The notes under the pieces were generated by a model. That model was not told the DNA's origin, made no database searches, and was given only the letters and a program-made list of their open reading frames with translations. Both the position numbers and the translations under genes were made by a program. From a virus (Duplodnaviria > Caudoviricetes), in IMG/VR virus record IMGVR_UViG_3300028888_002023, positions 12,176-76,175 of that record: 64,000 bases of DNA; one strand, given 5' to 3'. Numbering within the stretch: the stretch's first letter is position 1; each line of letters opens with the position of its first letter. This document shows, piece by piece, positions 18,378-28,054 of this stretch.

Positions 18378-20333
18378 ATGGCAGAGTTAATAAAAGAGTT
18401 AAAATGGGTTATAACAGAATATGGTAAAAAACGTATTACTGAGATGTTAGCTAACCCAACAGACAGAATTCGTCTTTCTTGCATTCACGTAGGTAAAAGT
18501 AATGATGAAGATTTCCGTAGTAGAGAAACCAGAAACGAATTATTAGAACCTGTATCATATGAGGAAGAACCGGGTTTATATACCAAAGATATAGGTATAT
18601 ACGAAAAAGGTGTTTGTACAGACATAGAAAATACAGTATATTTCAAAGCACATATTGATGAAAATATTAGTGGTTTTGAAATTAGAGAAATGGGTATCTT
18701 TGAAGAAAGAGATAACCAACTCTATTTATTTGCTGTAGGTATGGGAGAACCCCTTAATAAGCCTGCATTAGATAAAGGGTATATCATTGCTGTTGATTAC
18801 ACATTATATATTGAATCTGCTAACTTATTAGATATTTATGACAGAATTGAGTTAGACCCAGATAATGAATTTGTTAAAGAAGTTGACGTAGAAAATATGT
18901 ACCAATCTGTTCTATTTGTTGAAGCAAACCTCGCTGAACAAATTGGTAAAAATACTCACATACTTGGTCTTGGGAGAGAATATCAATTAAATGAATTAAT
19001 TGCTCAAAATACATTATCAAGTAATGCAATGAGTATTTCTAATTATTATGCTAATATTGCAAACTCTGTAACAGATTTGAAAAACATTTTAGGTTGCTGG
19101 TCTTTTGGTTATACAGATATTCATGGAACATTACAATGTATTAAAGACTTTTCTGGTCACGGTTTAAATTTATCAACTAATGCACCTATTGCAACTTATG
19201 ACCAAAGTTATATAGGCTTATTATCAACTTTAAACTTTGATAAAAATGATTACTTCCAAATTGAAAAAGTTGACCCTGTTGTTTGTTCAACAGATAATAT
19301 TGAAATAGGACAATTAATTAATCACGATTATCAAGGTACTATTACTTATAGTTCAAGTGAAAATAGATGGCACCTTGATGGGCTACCTTATACTCAAGCA
19401 TACATAAAAGAAAATTATATTCAATATTACACTCATGCTACACAGAAATCTCAAAGTTCTGGAAGTAGTAGCCGTTTTATCTTAGGTGATATAAGAAGTA
19501 CAGCACGTGCACCTCACACTTGGACATGCCAAATTGTTGGTGATGACTCCGTTAAATGGGTAAATGAAGTAGGTCAAGTTTATCAAGAATATGACTTTAA
19601 AGAAAAAGTTGTTAACTATACAACAGATGCTTCACATACAGGACCAATTGCAGGCGATACAATTACTTTAAGTGGTGCCGAAAACCCTGCAAGTAACGAT
19701 AGAATTACATTTACAGGAGAACAATTTGACTTAATCAGATATAGATGGGTTACAGAAACAATTAATGATACAACAATTAATAGACAAGTTTGGTATGATA
19801 GCAGCTTTACTTTTATTGCTATGCTGGAACATAATAATCCGCACGAAGATAATATATTGTTAGCTCAATCAGATTATACCCATAATAAGCATAACTTTGA
19901 AATTAGGAAAACTAAAAACAATGCTATTGAATTAGTGCTATTTACTGATTCAAGTAGTTATGTAAAATATAAAACTTCTGATAATGCAGTTCCTTCATCT
20001 GTTTATAATGTCATACTTTCTTATGATACAACAGGTTTAACACCTAATGCAACTGTATACATTAATGGAACTAAATTTGCTATGTTAAAATCTGGTACAG
20101 TAAATGGTAACAATGATTATACTTATGAAGGTATGCAACCAGTTCCAATACCTACAACATCTTATGTATATAGAACAAATGCTAATTCAGGTATAATGGA
20201 AAGAACTGAAAACATTAATGCTAAAGTAGGATTTATGAGTTTAATTAAAGAAAATTTATCGTCTGAAATTTTAAGATGTAACTCATTATTCTTAAATAGC
20301 TTATGCGGAAAGAATATTTACTTTAAGGTATAA
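18378..20333 (+). CDS. Tail-collar-fibre-like protein (paralog 1)
   Basis: N-term WVITEYGKKRI..IREMGIF..P resembles tail-collar fibre N-domains; concanavalin/LamG-like C-terminal region. Confidence 0.55.
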   Translation: MAELIKELKWVITEYGKKRITEMLANPTDRIRLSCIHVGKSNDEDFRSRETRNELLEPVSYEEEPGLYTKDIGIYEKGVCTDIENTVYFKAHIDENISGFEIREMGIFEERDNQLYLFAVGMGEPLNKPALDKGYIIAVDYTLYIESANLLDIYDRIELDPDNEFVKEVDVENMYQSVLFVEANLAEQIGKNTHILGLGREYQLNELIAQNTLSSNAMSISNYYANIANSVTDLKNILGCWSFGYTDIHGTLQCIKDFSGHGLNLSTNAPIATYDQSYIGLLSTLNFDKNDYFQIEKVDPVVCSTDNIEIGQLINHDYQGTITYSSSENRWHLDGLPYTQAYIKENYIQYYTHATQKSQSSGSSSRFILGDIRSTARAPHTWTCQIVGDDSVKWVNEVGQVYQEYDFKEKVVNYTTDASHTGPIAGDTITLSGAENPASNDRITFTGEQFDLIRYRWVTETINDTTINRQVWYDSSFTFIAMLEHNNPHEDNILLAQSDYTHNKHNFEIRKTKNNAIELVLFTDSSSYVKYKTSDNAVPSSVYNVILSYDTTGLTPNATVYINGTKFAMLKSGTVNGNNDYTYEGMQPVPIPTTSYVYRTNANSGIMERTENINAKVGFMSLIKENLSSEILRCNSLFLNSLCGKNIYFKV

Positions 20334-20335
20334 TA

Positions 20336-21793
20336 ATGACTCAATTTTTAGATAATACAATTTATACAAATTATGCTTTATATAAAATCTGTAGAAATTT
20401 AGTTGAAGATATTGAAGATTTCAACTTTATTCATGTTAAAGTAGGTTCTGGAGATAATACTTTATATGCAGATAGAGAAGATTTAAGTGCTTTATTATAT
20501 GAATTAGACGTTCAAGTTCTTGAGTTTGATAATGAAGAAGGTGTACTTACTATTAAATGTGAAATACCACCAGATTTAGCAGATGTACCTATTACAGAAA
20601 TAGGTTTATTTGACATGGTTATGGGTTATGAACATTTATTCTCTTATTCTAAAGTTAATGTTGTAAAACCAGCAGACTTAGGGTATGAATTAACAATTGT
20701 ACTTAACTTAGGTCCTAGAACAATAGACTTCCCCGGAATTAACTCTTATTATGTTTCAAAGTATAAATATATTACAAAGAGTGTGTTAGATGACTTTATT
20801 AATATGTTCTTATATGTTGACACCAACCTTGAAAGAATTGTGCATTCTAATGCTGAAGTTATAGGTTATAATATGTTAGAACAAATTTATGATAAGCAAC
20901 AAAAGTTCTATAGCAGAATGCAGAATATTGAATATGCTTTATTAAATTATTCTTTACACTCTCAGTTTGGTAATGACTTATCAGATTTATTCTTTTTAGG
21001 AAGCCCTAATTATTTAGCATATGACATTGTTAACTTTGCTAAACCAGATTCATTCTTAAAAAGTAAGTACAAATTATGGGATTCTACAAATGATAATATA
21101 ACCTTTAATAATGGTCCTTTATCTTTATTTTTTGTGGCACAATTTAATGATATCAAAGAAGAATCTGCTATATTTAATAAATGGGACGATACTGGTGTAT
21201 ATTTTAAAATTAGTACAGAATCACATCAAGAAACATATATAAAAACTACTTCAGGTTATGAAACTGCTACTTTCTATGAATTAGTTGTTACAATTATGGG
21301 AACTCGTAACCTTTATAAAATCAAATATATTTTTGATGAATCTAATGTAGGTAATTATGTAGGTCGTAAAGTTCCTTATGTTCTTACTTTTAATGGTGAT
21401 ATTACTAATAATCCAGAATTACATTTATATGTAGATGGAGAAGAACCAGAAATATTTGTTGTTTCTGAAGAAACAGAACCAAGTTTAACTGTTCAAGCTA
21501 ATATTACACCAGAAGATTCAGAAGAGGAAGCTGAAGCAAAATTAAAAGAAACTGTAGATAGATTAAAAACTAGAGCATTTGGTAAAGTGATTATTGAAGG
21601 GGACGCAACTGATTTAGTAGGTCTTCCAGACCGTTCTTCTATATCTTTAAAGAATTATTTGTATGATTATGTTGAAGAAGAAAAAGTTCAATATATTAAT
21701 GGTATTAATACAAACATTATAGGAACAATAAAAAGACAAGCTAATAAATATGAGCTTGCCCTTTTGAATAATACTTTAAAATCTATGATTTAG
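20336..21793 (+). CDS. Tail-collar-fibre-like protein (paralog 2)
   Basis: TNYALYKI..VKVGSG..ITEIGLFD; VDTNLERIVHSNAEVIG parallels VEANLAEQIGKNTHILG of paralog 1. Confidence 0.55.
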   Translation: MTQFLDNTIYTNYALYKICRNLVEDIEDFNFIHVKVGSGDNTLYADREDLSALLYELDVQVLEFDNEEGVLTIKCEIPPDLADVPITEIGLFDMVMGYEHLFSYSKVNVVKPADLGYELTIVLNLGPRTIDFPGINSYYVSKYKYITKSVLDDFINMFLYVDTNLERIVHSNAEVIGYNMLEQIYDKQQKFYSRMQNIEYALLNYSLHSQFGNDLSDLFFLGSPNYLAYDIVNFAKPDSFLKSKYKLWDSTNDNITFNNGPLSLFFVAQFNDIKEESAIFNKWDDTGVYFKISTESHQETYIKTTSGYETATFYELVVTIMGTRNLYKIKYIFDESNVGNYVGRKVPYVLTFNGDITNNPELHLYVDGEEPEIFVVSEETEPSLTVQANITPEDSEEEAEAKLKETVDRLKTRAFGKVIIEGDATDLVGLPDRSSISLKNYLYDYVEEEKVQYINGINTNIIGTIKRQANKYELALLNNTLKSMI

Positions 21794-22080
21794 ATTTCCT
21801 GTAATTTAACAAGAATGAACTCTATTAACTTATCAAAGTTTTTAGCAATAGCTTTCTTGATTGAACCTTTAAAGAATTTGTAAGGGAATTTTAATTCAAT
21901 ATGTTCCATAATGAATGCAATTGCACCTTCTTTAATTATAGGAGATTTTTCTTTAAGATATTCTTCTACAATTGCTTTAAGTTCTTCTTTCTTTGCTAAC
22001 AGAAGGTCTGCTACACGAGCACGAGCTTCAGCATATAGTTTGTTTTCTTTAAGAAATGTAAAGATTTCAGTGAATTTCAT
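21790..22080 (-). CDS. Small helical hypothetical protein
   Basis: 96-aa ORF with SD GGAGGT; converges on and overlaps the + strand gene by 4 nt. Confidence 0.65.
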   Translation of the reverse strand: MKFTEIFTFLKENKLYAEARARVADLLLAKKEELKAIVEEYLKEKSPIIKEGAIAFIMEHIELKFPYKFFKGSIKKAIAKNFDKLIEFILVKLQEI

Positions 22081-22123
22081 AATATACCTCCGTTATTTTT
22101 CTTCTACTCGCATTAAAATATAA

Positions 22124-22546
22124 TTAACCTCTTAAATCGAGATTAAATCCTTCATGTCGTAAAGATGGAATACAAGAACGGAAGTATTTTTCTCCATCAA
22201 ACATTACTTTTCCGTGGTCTTTAACTTTAATTCCAATGAATTGCAAAAAATAATTCACTACATTTTCTAACGTAGTGAATTCTGAAAGTTTCTCACAGCC
22301 TCTTCTTGAATTTATATATTTATCAGCAAGAGCTATATTACAATTGTCTGATACTCCACCAAAACATTTAGGGACAATGTGTTCTCTTGACACAGTTTTT
22401 TTAGTGATAGGAAGTCCATAAATGTCGTGTCGCACATTTGGGAGTTTACCTCTTATCCAAAGCTCTCGGACTCCCCACTTACCTTTAAATAATGTTACAG
22501 ATGTGCCGTCCTTTGAGATAGGTTTGATAAACATGTAGTCCCTCAC
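22124..22546 (-). CDS. HNH endonuclease-domain protein
   Basis: SREHIVPKCFGG..NIALADKYINSRRG (H-N-N type beta-beta-alpha-Me motif). Confidence 0.75.
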   Translation of the reverse strand: MRDYMFIKPISKDGTSVTLFKGKWGVRELWIRGKLPNVRHDIYGLPITKKTVSREHIVPKCFGGVSDNCNIALADKYINSRRGCEKLSEFTTLENVVNYFLQFIGIKVKDHGKVMFDGEKYFRSCIPSLRHEGFNLDLRG

Positions 22547-22585
22547 TATATTTATATTTATGTTTCTGTTACACTAAAATATAAT

Positions 22586-22879
22586 TTAAGCGAGTCTGTC
22601 TAGTTTCCCGGTAAAAGGTCCTCTAGGTGGCATAGGACAATACGGAATCGGAAATAAAAATCCATTTGGGTCAAAAGTACTTGACGAAAAATGATATGGT
22701 CCATGCCCTGTAAATATCACTTGTGGTTTAATTGGCTGGCATGTGCCCATATAGTATTTGAATGACGGATTAATATCTTCTACCCCTCTCTTTGATTTAC
22801 TTTTAAGTTCACTATTATCTTCTTGGTCCCTTAAACTATTACTAAAATAAGTCATAGCTTCTATAGGTTTTACTTTCAT
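22586..22879 (-). CDS. Hypothetical protein, Pro-rich C-terminus
   Basis: 97-aa ORF with SD GGAGAG, downstream of promoter motifs. Confidence 0.55.
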   Translation of the reverse strand: MKVKPIEAMTYFSNSLRDQEDNSELKSKSKRGVEDINPSFKYYMGTCQPIKPQVIFTGHGPYHFSSSTFDPNGFLFPIPYCPMPPRGPFTGKLDRLA

Positions 22880-22952
22880 TATTCTCTCTCCTTTAAGTTT
22901 TAAATTGCATATTAAAATATAATATTAAGTGTAATTTTTACACTTTTCTTAT

Positions 22953-22981
22953 ATTATAATATAATTAATTAATCCTGTCAA
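22953..22981 (-). promoter_or_regulatory. Sigma70-type promoter
   Basis: TTGACA-17 nt-TATAAT; a TTATATTTTA motif follows at 22913-22922. Confidence 0.8.
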
Positions 22982-23101
22982 GTTTTAAAACTTAAAAGTA
23001 ATATTAAAACGAAATCCTCCTCTATTATCTGTAGGAGTTATCCAGAAATGAGAGAAGGACTTTTTAATATTGTTAAATACTTTCTTAAAAAAATTCATAA
23101 A

Positions 23102-23194
23102 TTATAGTTCAACCATAGGTAAAAATTGATTTGCTACTATATCATACATACCATATACATTATTTGTAGAATCATAAACTGGAATTAAATGCTG
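23102..23194 (-). pseudogene. Orphan fragment resembling a tail-fibre C-terminal domain
   Basis: Translates QHLIPVYDSTNNVYGMYDIVANQFLPMVEL*, with no upstream ATG/SD; resembles the IP..D..GxYDxV..F end of LamG-like fibre domains. Confidence 0.45.
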
Positions 23195-23200
23195 ATAAAG

Positions 23201-23232
23201 AAAAACTCTTAGTCCTTTTAATTTCCTAAGAG
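23201..23232 (-). terminator. Rho-independent terminator after the tail-fibre operon
   Basis: Minus strand CTCTTAG-loop-CTAAGAG-TTTTT. Confidence 0.55.
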
Positions 23233-23261
23233 CAATAAGTAAAAGCAATGTAATTAATTTA

Positions 23262-23777
23262 TTATTGAATATTTTCTATTGTTCCTAGGGCTTGTATAAA
23301 TAATTGTTCAATCTGTTGAGCTGTAATTGTTTTGCCTGCAATCTCAAATGGTGCTAATGCTTTTGCTACGCCACAATAAACATGATTGCAAAAGGTTAAT
23401 TGATGTTTAATTGCAATATGACTATCTAAAAATACATCTATTTGTTCATCTGTTACGCCTAAAGCCATTAACATTTTTAGAAAATCCAACGGAGTTACGT
23501 GCAGATTATTAATTCGTTCTTGTTCCCTTTGCTGTGCTTCTTGTTCATAATTAGGGTTAAGTGTTCCGTCTGTTATATTACCTTCAGAACAGACATAATA
23601 ACCTAAAGGAGCTATATCAAGTGAATCTATATAAAAAGGTTCAGAATATAATTCATCAATATTATCACCTTCTGGCATGCTTTCTTCAGAAAATTTTCTT
23701 ATTATATAAAGCATTTGTCCAGAGTTGTTAGCTTCCATAGCTTTTCTTTCATATTCGCCATTAGTATATGATTTCAT
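23262..23777 (-). CDS. Tail fibre assembly/accessory-like protein
   Basis: 171 aa directly after the fibre gene; DGTLNPNYEQEAQQREQERINNL typical of fibre chaperones. Confidence 0.5.
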   Translation of the reverse strand: MKSYTNGEYERKAMEANNSGQMLYIIRKFSEESMPEGDNIDELYSEPFYIDSLDIAPLGYYVCSEGNITDGTLNPNYEQEAQQREQERINNLHVTPLDFLKMLMALGVTDEQIDVFLDSHIAIKHQLTFCNHVYCGVAKALAPFEIAGKTITAQQIEQLFIQALGTIENIQ

Positions 23778-23788
23778 TATTTAATCCT

Positions 23789-26344
23789 CTATCCTAAAGT
23801 TATCCTACCTTTTGCTATAAAATCAGTTGTTGAAGATGGTGTAAATCCATCTTTATCCCTGCTTGAACAAGCTACAGGTAATACATAATTATTATCAGCA
23901 AATGGTTTTGGGAATGTATAACGTGTTCCAGATGTGCAAGCACCTGTTTGTATACATTCTAAGTCTGTATTATATTCATATGATACTTTACCATTACGAT
24001 AACTAGCTATAGTTCTTACAGAACCATCTAATGTATCATGAGGCATTTGGAATAATCCATTTTCTTCATCTATAACAAAATAATTCCCTGTTCTAAATTG
24101 TTCATAACAGTCATTAACTCTGTCTTTATATTTCATATCAACTATTTTAACACCATGTCTTGAATAAACATAAGGTATTCTTAAACAAGGTTGATATACT
24201 ACAACTTCATTTCTGATTACCTGCAATGTATTTAAGTCTATTGAACCTGTAAATGGGTTATCACTACCAGAACTACCTAAACTTAAATTAATTGTAGAGA
24301 ATGATGCTGTATCAATAGAACCATTATATGCTTCATCTTCATCTAGTCTAACAGAATAATTAGTACCAGATATATCTAATACAATTGTATATTCTGTATT
24401 TTCTTGTAATGAAACTGTATTTCTAGTAATGGAATCAGTGCTGAATAATAATTTTCCATAATTTAATCCAATTGTAAATAAATGTTGAGATTCACTAGTT
24501 CCATAAGCTCTAAGTATAGTTTGATATTCAGCACTATTTGTTCCAGTTTTAATATTAAATGAAATTTCAAAATTATTATTAACAGAAAGATTAACAGCAG
24601 TTATACGACCTGTTGCAGAAAATCCAGAAGCTACACCATCTGAACTAATTGTAGGAAGTGGACTTCCAGACATTCCATAATTATCAGCTTTAATTATATC
24701 AATTTGTTTACGGTGTGTATTAAATATTTCTTCACCATCAACTTCTATTGCAAAAGATTTAAAGTTAATAGAACCTTTAAATGGATAAGTTGTATAGTTA
24801 CCTATACTCTGTAGAGATAAATTGCTTACACCAGAATATGAAGAAGGTGTTTTTGATGACTCAATTAATTCTCCATTCTCTGCTTGACAATTTAAGAAAA
24901 TTTTAGTTCCATCATAACCACATTCAATATAGTAATTTGTATCATCTGCTAAAGCTGAATCTGTACCAACCCAGTTTGCCATATTATTATCTGTAGTTCT
25001 TAATTGTAATGACTTATCTGTTGAGAAAGTTAAATAAAAATATTGGCTTAACATGAATATACCTTGTTGAACACCTAAATTAGCAGTGGTAATATCCATT
25101 TTAATAGTCCAAGGTTTAGTTGTATCTATAATTGTAGCTAAACTTAAATAATTGCTAGTGGAAAAACCAGTAATAATACCATCTTCTTCTATAATTGGAG
25201 TACCATTAACAGTTAATGTATGTATATCAAATGATTCAATTTTTCTATCAAGGATAGATTCAAATTCTATTGGGAAATCATCAGCACTTAATAATTCAAC
25301 ATCTCTAACAACAATAGGTCTGGTAGATGTTGCTAAATCTTCTTTTTTAACATATGTATTTGTAATAGTGTTACCTTCAGAATCTTTAGTAATTTTACCA
25401 TTAATAATACCTGCTGAATCAATAGTAACTTCACCTGTAGTATTATTCCTACCATTAGGTCTTAATTTTATGTTAGCAGAATTAGTTGCAATATATAAAG
25501 CATCTGCTGAATTATCTTCTATAAGTACATTTTCATTCTTTTTAATATATAAAGTTGGAGATTCTACGTTTCCTAAAGTGAGTGTGTCACCTAAAACACT
25601 TAAGCTATTTTCAAATGTTTTTGAACCTCTAATTATTTCATTTCCTGTTGTGTGCACAATTGATGTATCTGAAGCTGTATAAGTAGTCCAGCTTGACCAG
25701 TTATGATATACTGTATCGTCCTGTATCACAGCATCATCTGTTCTATAAACAACTGACATTATAGTATTTTCGCTTTGCCCAACAAAACTAATTGGGGTAT
25801 AAATTTGTACAAGCCTATTATTGCAAGCCCTTGCAACTGTTAATATACCTGAACTACACATATTAGGGCTTAAGTCATATGGAGTGTGGTTCAAAACGCT
25901 AAAACCAACCTCTGTAGCATCAACGCTATATGTTCCTTCTGCAAGTAGTTCGTTCCAGTCCACGTTTTCATTAACAAGATAGTTACTAAATGCTAATCTT
26001 CTTTGATAGTAATCACTAATTATATTGCCAATACTGTCTTGCTCTGCACGTTCAATTTGACCATTAATAGAATGCCCTTCCGTTATAATTAAATTGCAAT
26101 CCATAGTTATAGGATTCTTAAAGGTCTTTTCACCTAATATATCTTCATCAACTTCTGAAGCGTGAATAAATGCCTCGTCATAAAAGGGTAAATTATCCCA
26201 ACGGTCTGTACCATTACCTATTTTCATACGATTTGGCGTAACTTCGTTATCTATTTCAATACCTATTTCTCCAACGGATAATAGGGGATTATGAAACTCC
26301 CAATTAGCTTTAGTGTCATGTCTAACTTGTAATCTTACTACCAC
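23789..26344 (-). CDS. Long tail fibre protein (Mtd_N-like N-terminus, two LamG-like repeats)
   Basis: LQVRHDTKANW..NPLLSVGEIGIE..MKIGNG..W..LPF; duplicated GFS..I/L..FxGSI.. domains; GTG start with SD GGAG; TTACATTTTA at 26370-26379. Confidence 0.75.
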   Translation of the reverse strand: MVVRLQVRHDTKANWEFHNPLLSVGEIGIEIDNEVTPNRMKIGNGTDRWDNLPFYDEAFIHASEVDEDILGEKTFKNPITMDCNLIITEGHSINGQIERAEQDSIGNIISDYYQRRLAFSNYLVNENVDWNELLAEGTYSVDATEVGFSVLNHTPYDLSPNMCSSGILTVARACNNRLVQIYTPISFVGQSENTIMSVVYRTDDAVIQDDTVYHNWSSWTTYTASDTSIVHTTGNEIIRGSKTFENSLSVLGDTLTLGNVESPTLYIKKNENVLIEDNSADALYIATNSANIKLRPNGRNNTTGEVTIDSAGIINGKITKDSEGNTITNTYVKKEDLATSTRPIVVRDVELLSADDFPIEFESILDRKIESFDIHTLTVNGTPIIEEDGIITGFSTSNYLSLATIIDTTKPWTIKMDITTANLGVQQGIFMLSQYFYLTFSTDKSLQLRTTDNNMANWVGTDSALADDTNYYIECGYDGTKIFLNCQAENGELIESSKTPSSYSGVSNLSLQSIGNYTTYPFKGSINFKSFAIEVDGEEIFNTHRKQIDIIKADNYGMSGSPLPTISSDGVASGFSATGRITAVNLSVNNNFEISFNIKTGTNSAEYQTILRAYGTSESQHLFTIGLNYGKLLFSTDSITRNTVSLQENTEYTIVLDISGTNYSVRLDEDEAYNGSIDTASFSTINLSLGSSGSDNPFTGSIDLNTLQVIRNEVVVYQPCLRIPYVYSRHGVKIVDMKYKDRVNDCYEQFRTGNYFVIDEENGLFQMPHDTLDGSVRTIASYRNGKVSYEYNTDLECIQTGACTSGTRYTFPKPFADNNYVLPVACSSRDKDGFTPSSTTDFIAKGRITLG

Positions 26345-26382
26345 TGTTTTATCTCCAATGTCTTTATTTTAAAATGTAAGTA

Positions 26383-27087
26383 TTAATAAATTCGTCTAAC
26401 TTTCTTTTTAGTATGCTGATTTTTTCTGTTGGCTTGAATTACTTGATAAGCTCTTCTAACGTCTATTTCTGGAACTATTTGAATAGGCATTCTTACATAT
26501 CTTGCATCATGTAAAATGTCATGAACGAATGAATAGTCTGTTCTTAATAATTCAGCAACTCTACGTATTGAACGATATGAAGGGTATTCTTTAAATACTT
26601 TTTTAACTATAACTGCTTCAGCAGGGTTGATTTTAATACTTCCATCCTCATCTCTCATATATCCATAGGGAAGCTCTCTGTCTGTAACTTGGTCTTTGTC
26701 TGCTATTTCTTTTAAAACTTCTATGATTGGTTGTGCATATTGATTCAAATTAGAAATAAAATAATTTTTATCTGCAACATTAATTACCATAATTACAAAT
26801 TTATCTTCTTCAACCAATGGGTCCTGATATTCAAAATTAGGTGCTGTATTTAAAACCAAATAAACTTCATATTGTTTAAACCCTTTAAACCTTAACGTAC
26901 ACCCAGTCATATTAGGAACATAAGTGAAAGTTCCTGCTTGAAAATCCTCATATGCTTCTGGTTTACTCATTAAAGATATATTAGTAGCTAAAATATCTTT
27001 CTTGCTACTAACTTGTTTTTCAATTTTATCATTCTGGTTGACTTGAGCGTTAGCGTTATCAACATTATTTGGAATATTATCAGTCAT
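26383..27087 (-). CDS. Protein with serine-recombinase-type DNA-binding domain but no catalytic domain
   Basis: LPYGY..INPAEAVIVKKVFKEY..SIRRVAELL; no resolvase N-terminal Y-x-R-x-S motif. Confidence 0.6.
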   Translation of the reverse strand: MTDNIPNNVDNANAQVNQNDKIEKQVSSKKDILATNISLMSKPEAYEDFQAGTFTYVPNMTGCTLRFKGFKQYEVYLVLNTAPNFEYQDPLVEEDKFVIMVINVADKNYFISNLNQYAQPIIEVLKEIADKDQVTDRELPYGYMRDEDGSIKINPAEAVIVKKVFKEYPSYRSIRRVAELLRTDYSFVHDILHDARYVRMPIQIVPEIDVRRAYQVIQANRKNQHTKKKVRRIY

Positions 27088-27097
27088 AACTTAAAAT

Positions 27098-27904
27098 TTA
27101 AACCTCACGAGCAAAGATGATACTATCTATTAAACCTCGTAATTCAACTGAAACAGGTTTTATTTCAAACCAGTTTTTTCCATCATTTGAATAAAAATAA
27201 GAGTAAACTCCTTCTACAGTTGTATCAATTTTATAGTACATATGTGTCATTTTATTAAACGCCTGATAAATAGTACCTCTCATGCAATTGTACCAAGCAG
27301 GTGCTCCTAATGGAAATTCACTATTAAGGTAACCATTTATCATATACATAATTCTGTAACGAGTTGTACTTGTTTTTAGCTTAAATATTTGTTTTTCATA
27401 TACTTTAAAAATATCTTTATTTTGCTTATATATAGAATCTGGATGCGGAAATCTAATAGGTTTATATGCTTTATTCTTAACTTCTTTGGGTCCATAAATA
27501 CTAGATAAATCATTTAACCATTCATCTTTAAATAAATCTGTTACTTTATAACCAGAACCAAATCTCTTTTTATAAACACTCTGCATTTCAATGTATAATT
27601 GATAGTACCAATATGCCGTGCGTTGATTGTAAAACATATAATCTACTCTATCATGCTTTGCAGCTTCTCGCTTGGTAGAATTGTCACCATAACGCCTGCA
27701 CATGCTCCAAGTGATATATTCAATGTATTTCTTTAAATGTTCTATTGTATAGGAATAAGCACATAACCTATAATCTTCATCAAGAATATACATAGGCATA
27801 TTTTCACTTGAAATAGGATATTCTTTATATTCTGGTGCCTGCGTTATTTCAGTATGATGTTTCCATTTATTAGAATAATATTGATTTTCAGATAAAATTG
27901 CCAT
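27098..27904 (-). CDS. Pyrimidine-dimer DNA glycosylase (DenV)-like protein, divergent
   Basis: NMPMYILDEDYRLCAY..EHL resembles the MNIFxLDxD..CA..KH family start; YRIMY and PAWY near the C-terminus. Confidence 0.4.
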   Translation of the reverse strand: MAILSENQYYSNKWKHHTEITQAPEYKEYPISSENMPMYILDEDYRLCAYSYTIEHLKKYIEYITWSMCRRYGDNSTKREAAKHDRVDYMFYNQRTAYWYYQLYIEMQSVYKKRFGSGYKVTDLFKDEWLNDLSSIYGPKEVKNKAYKPIRFPHPDSIYKQNKDIFKVYEKQIFKLKTSTTRYRIMYMINGYLNSEFPLGAPAWYNCMRGTIYQAFNKMTHMYYKIDTTVEGVYSYFYSNDGKNWFEIKPVSVELRGLIDSIIFAREV

Positions 27905-27986
27905 AGTTTTTCTCCGTCAAGTTTCATTTTAAAAATATAATTTATTAATTTTTAAATTGGACAAACCCACTTTTATCCACTCAACA

Positions 27987-28036
27987 AGAGGTGCCCTAGA
28001 GGTTCTGCCTCCTTGCCTCTAGGGAGTTACACCTCT
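27987..28036 (+). other. GC-rich hairpin immediately 5' of the ferritin-like gene RBS
   Basis: agaggtg/cacctct and ccctagagg/cctctaggg stems; SD GGAGA follows at ~28044. Confidence 0.65.
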
Positions 28037-28054
28037 AAAAATAGGAGAAATAAA

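Noticed and set aside
18378-21793. Invertible tail-gene cassette (opposite orientation to its flanks)
   Set aside because: No matching inverted repeat at the right end, and the nearby recombinase-like ORF has no catalytic domain. Divergent promoters explain the orientation.
23789-26344. Diversity-generating retroelement suggested by the Mtd_N-like fibre
   Set aside because: No reverse transcriptase and no template/variable repeat pair with adenine-specific mismatches seen in the window.
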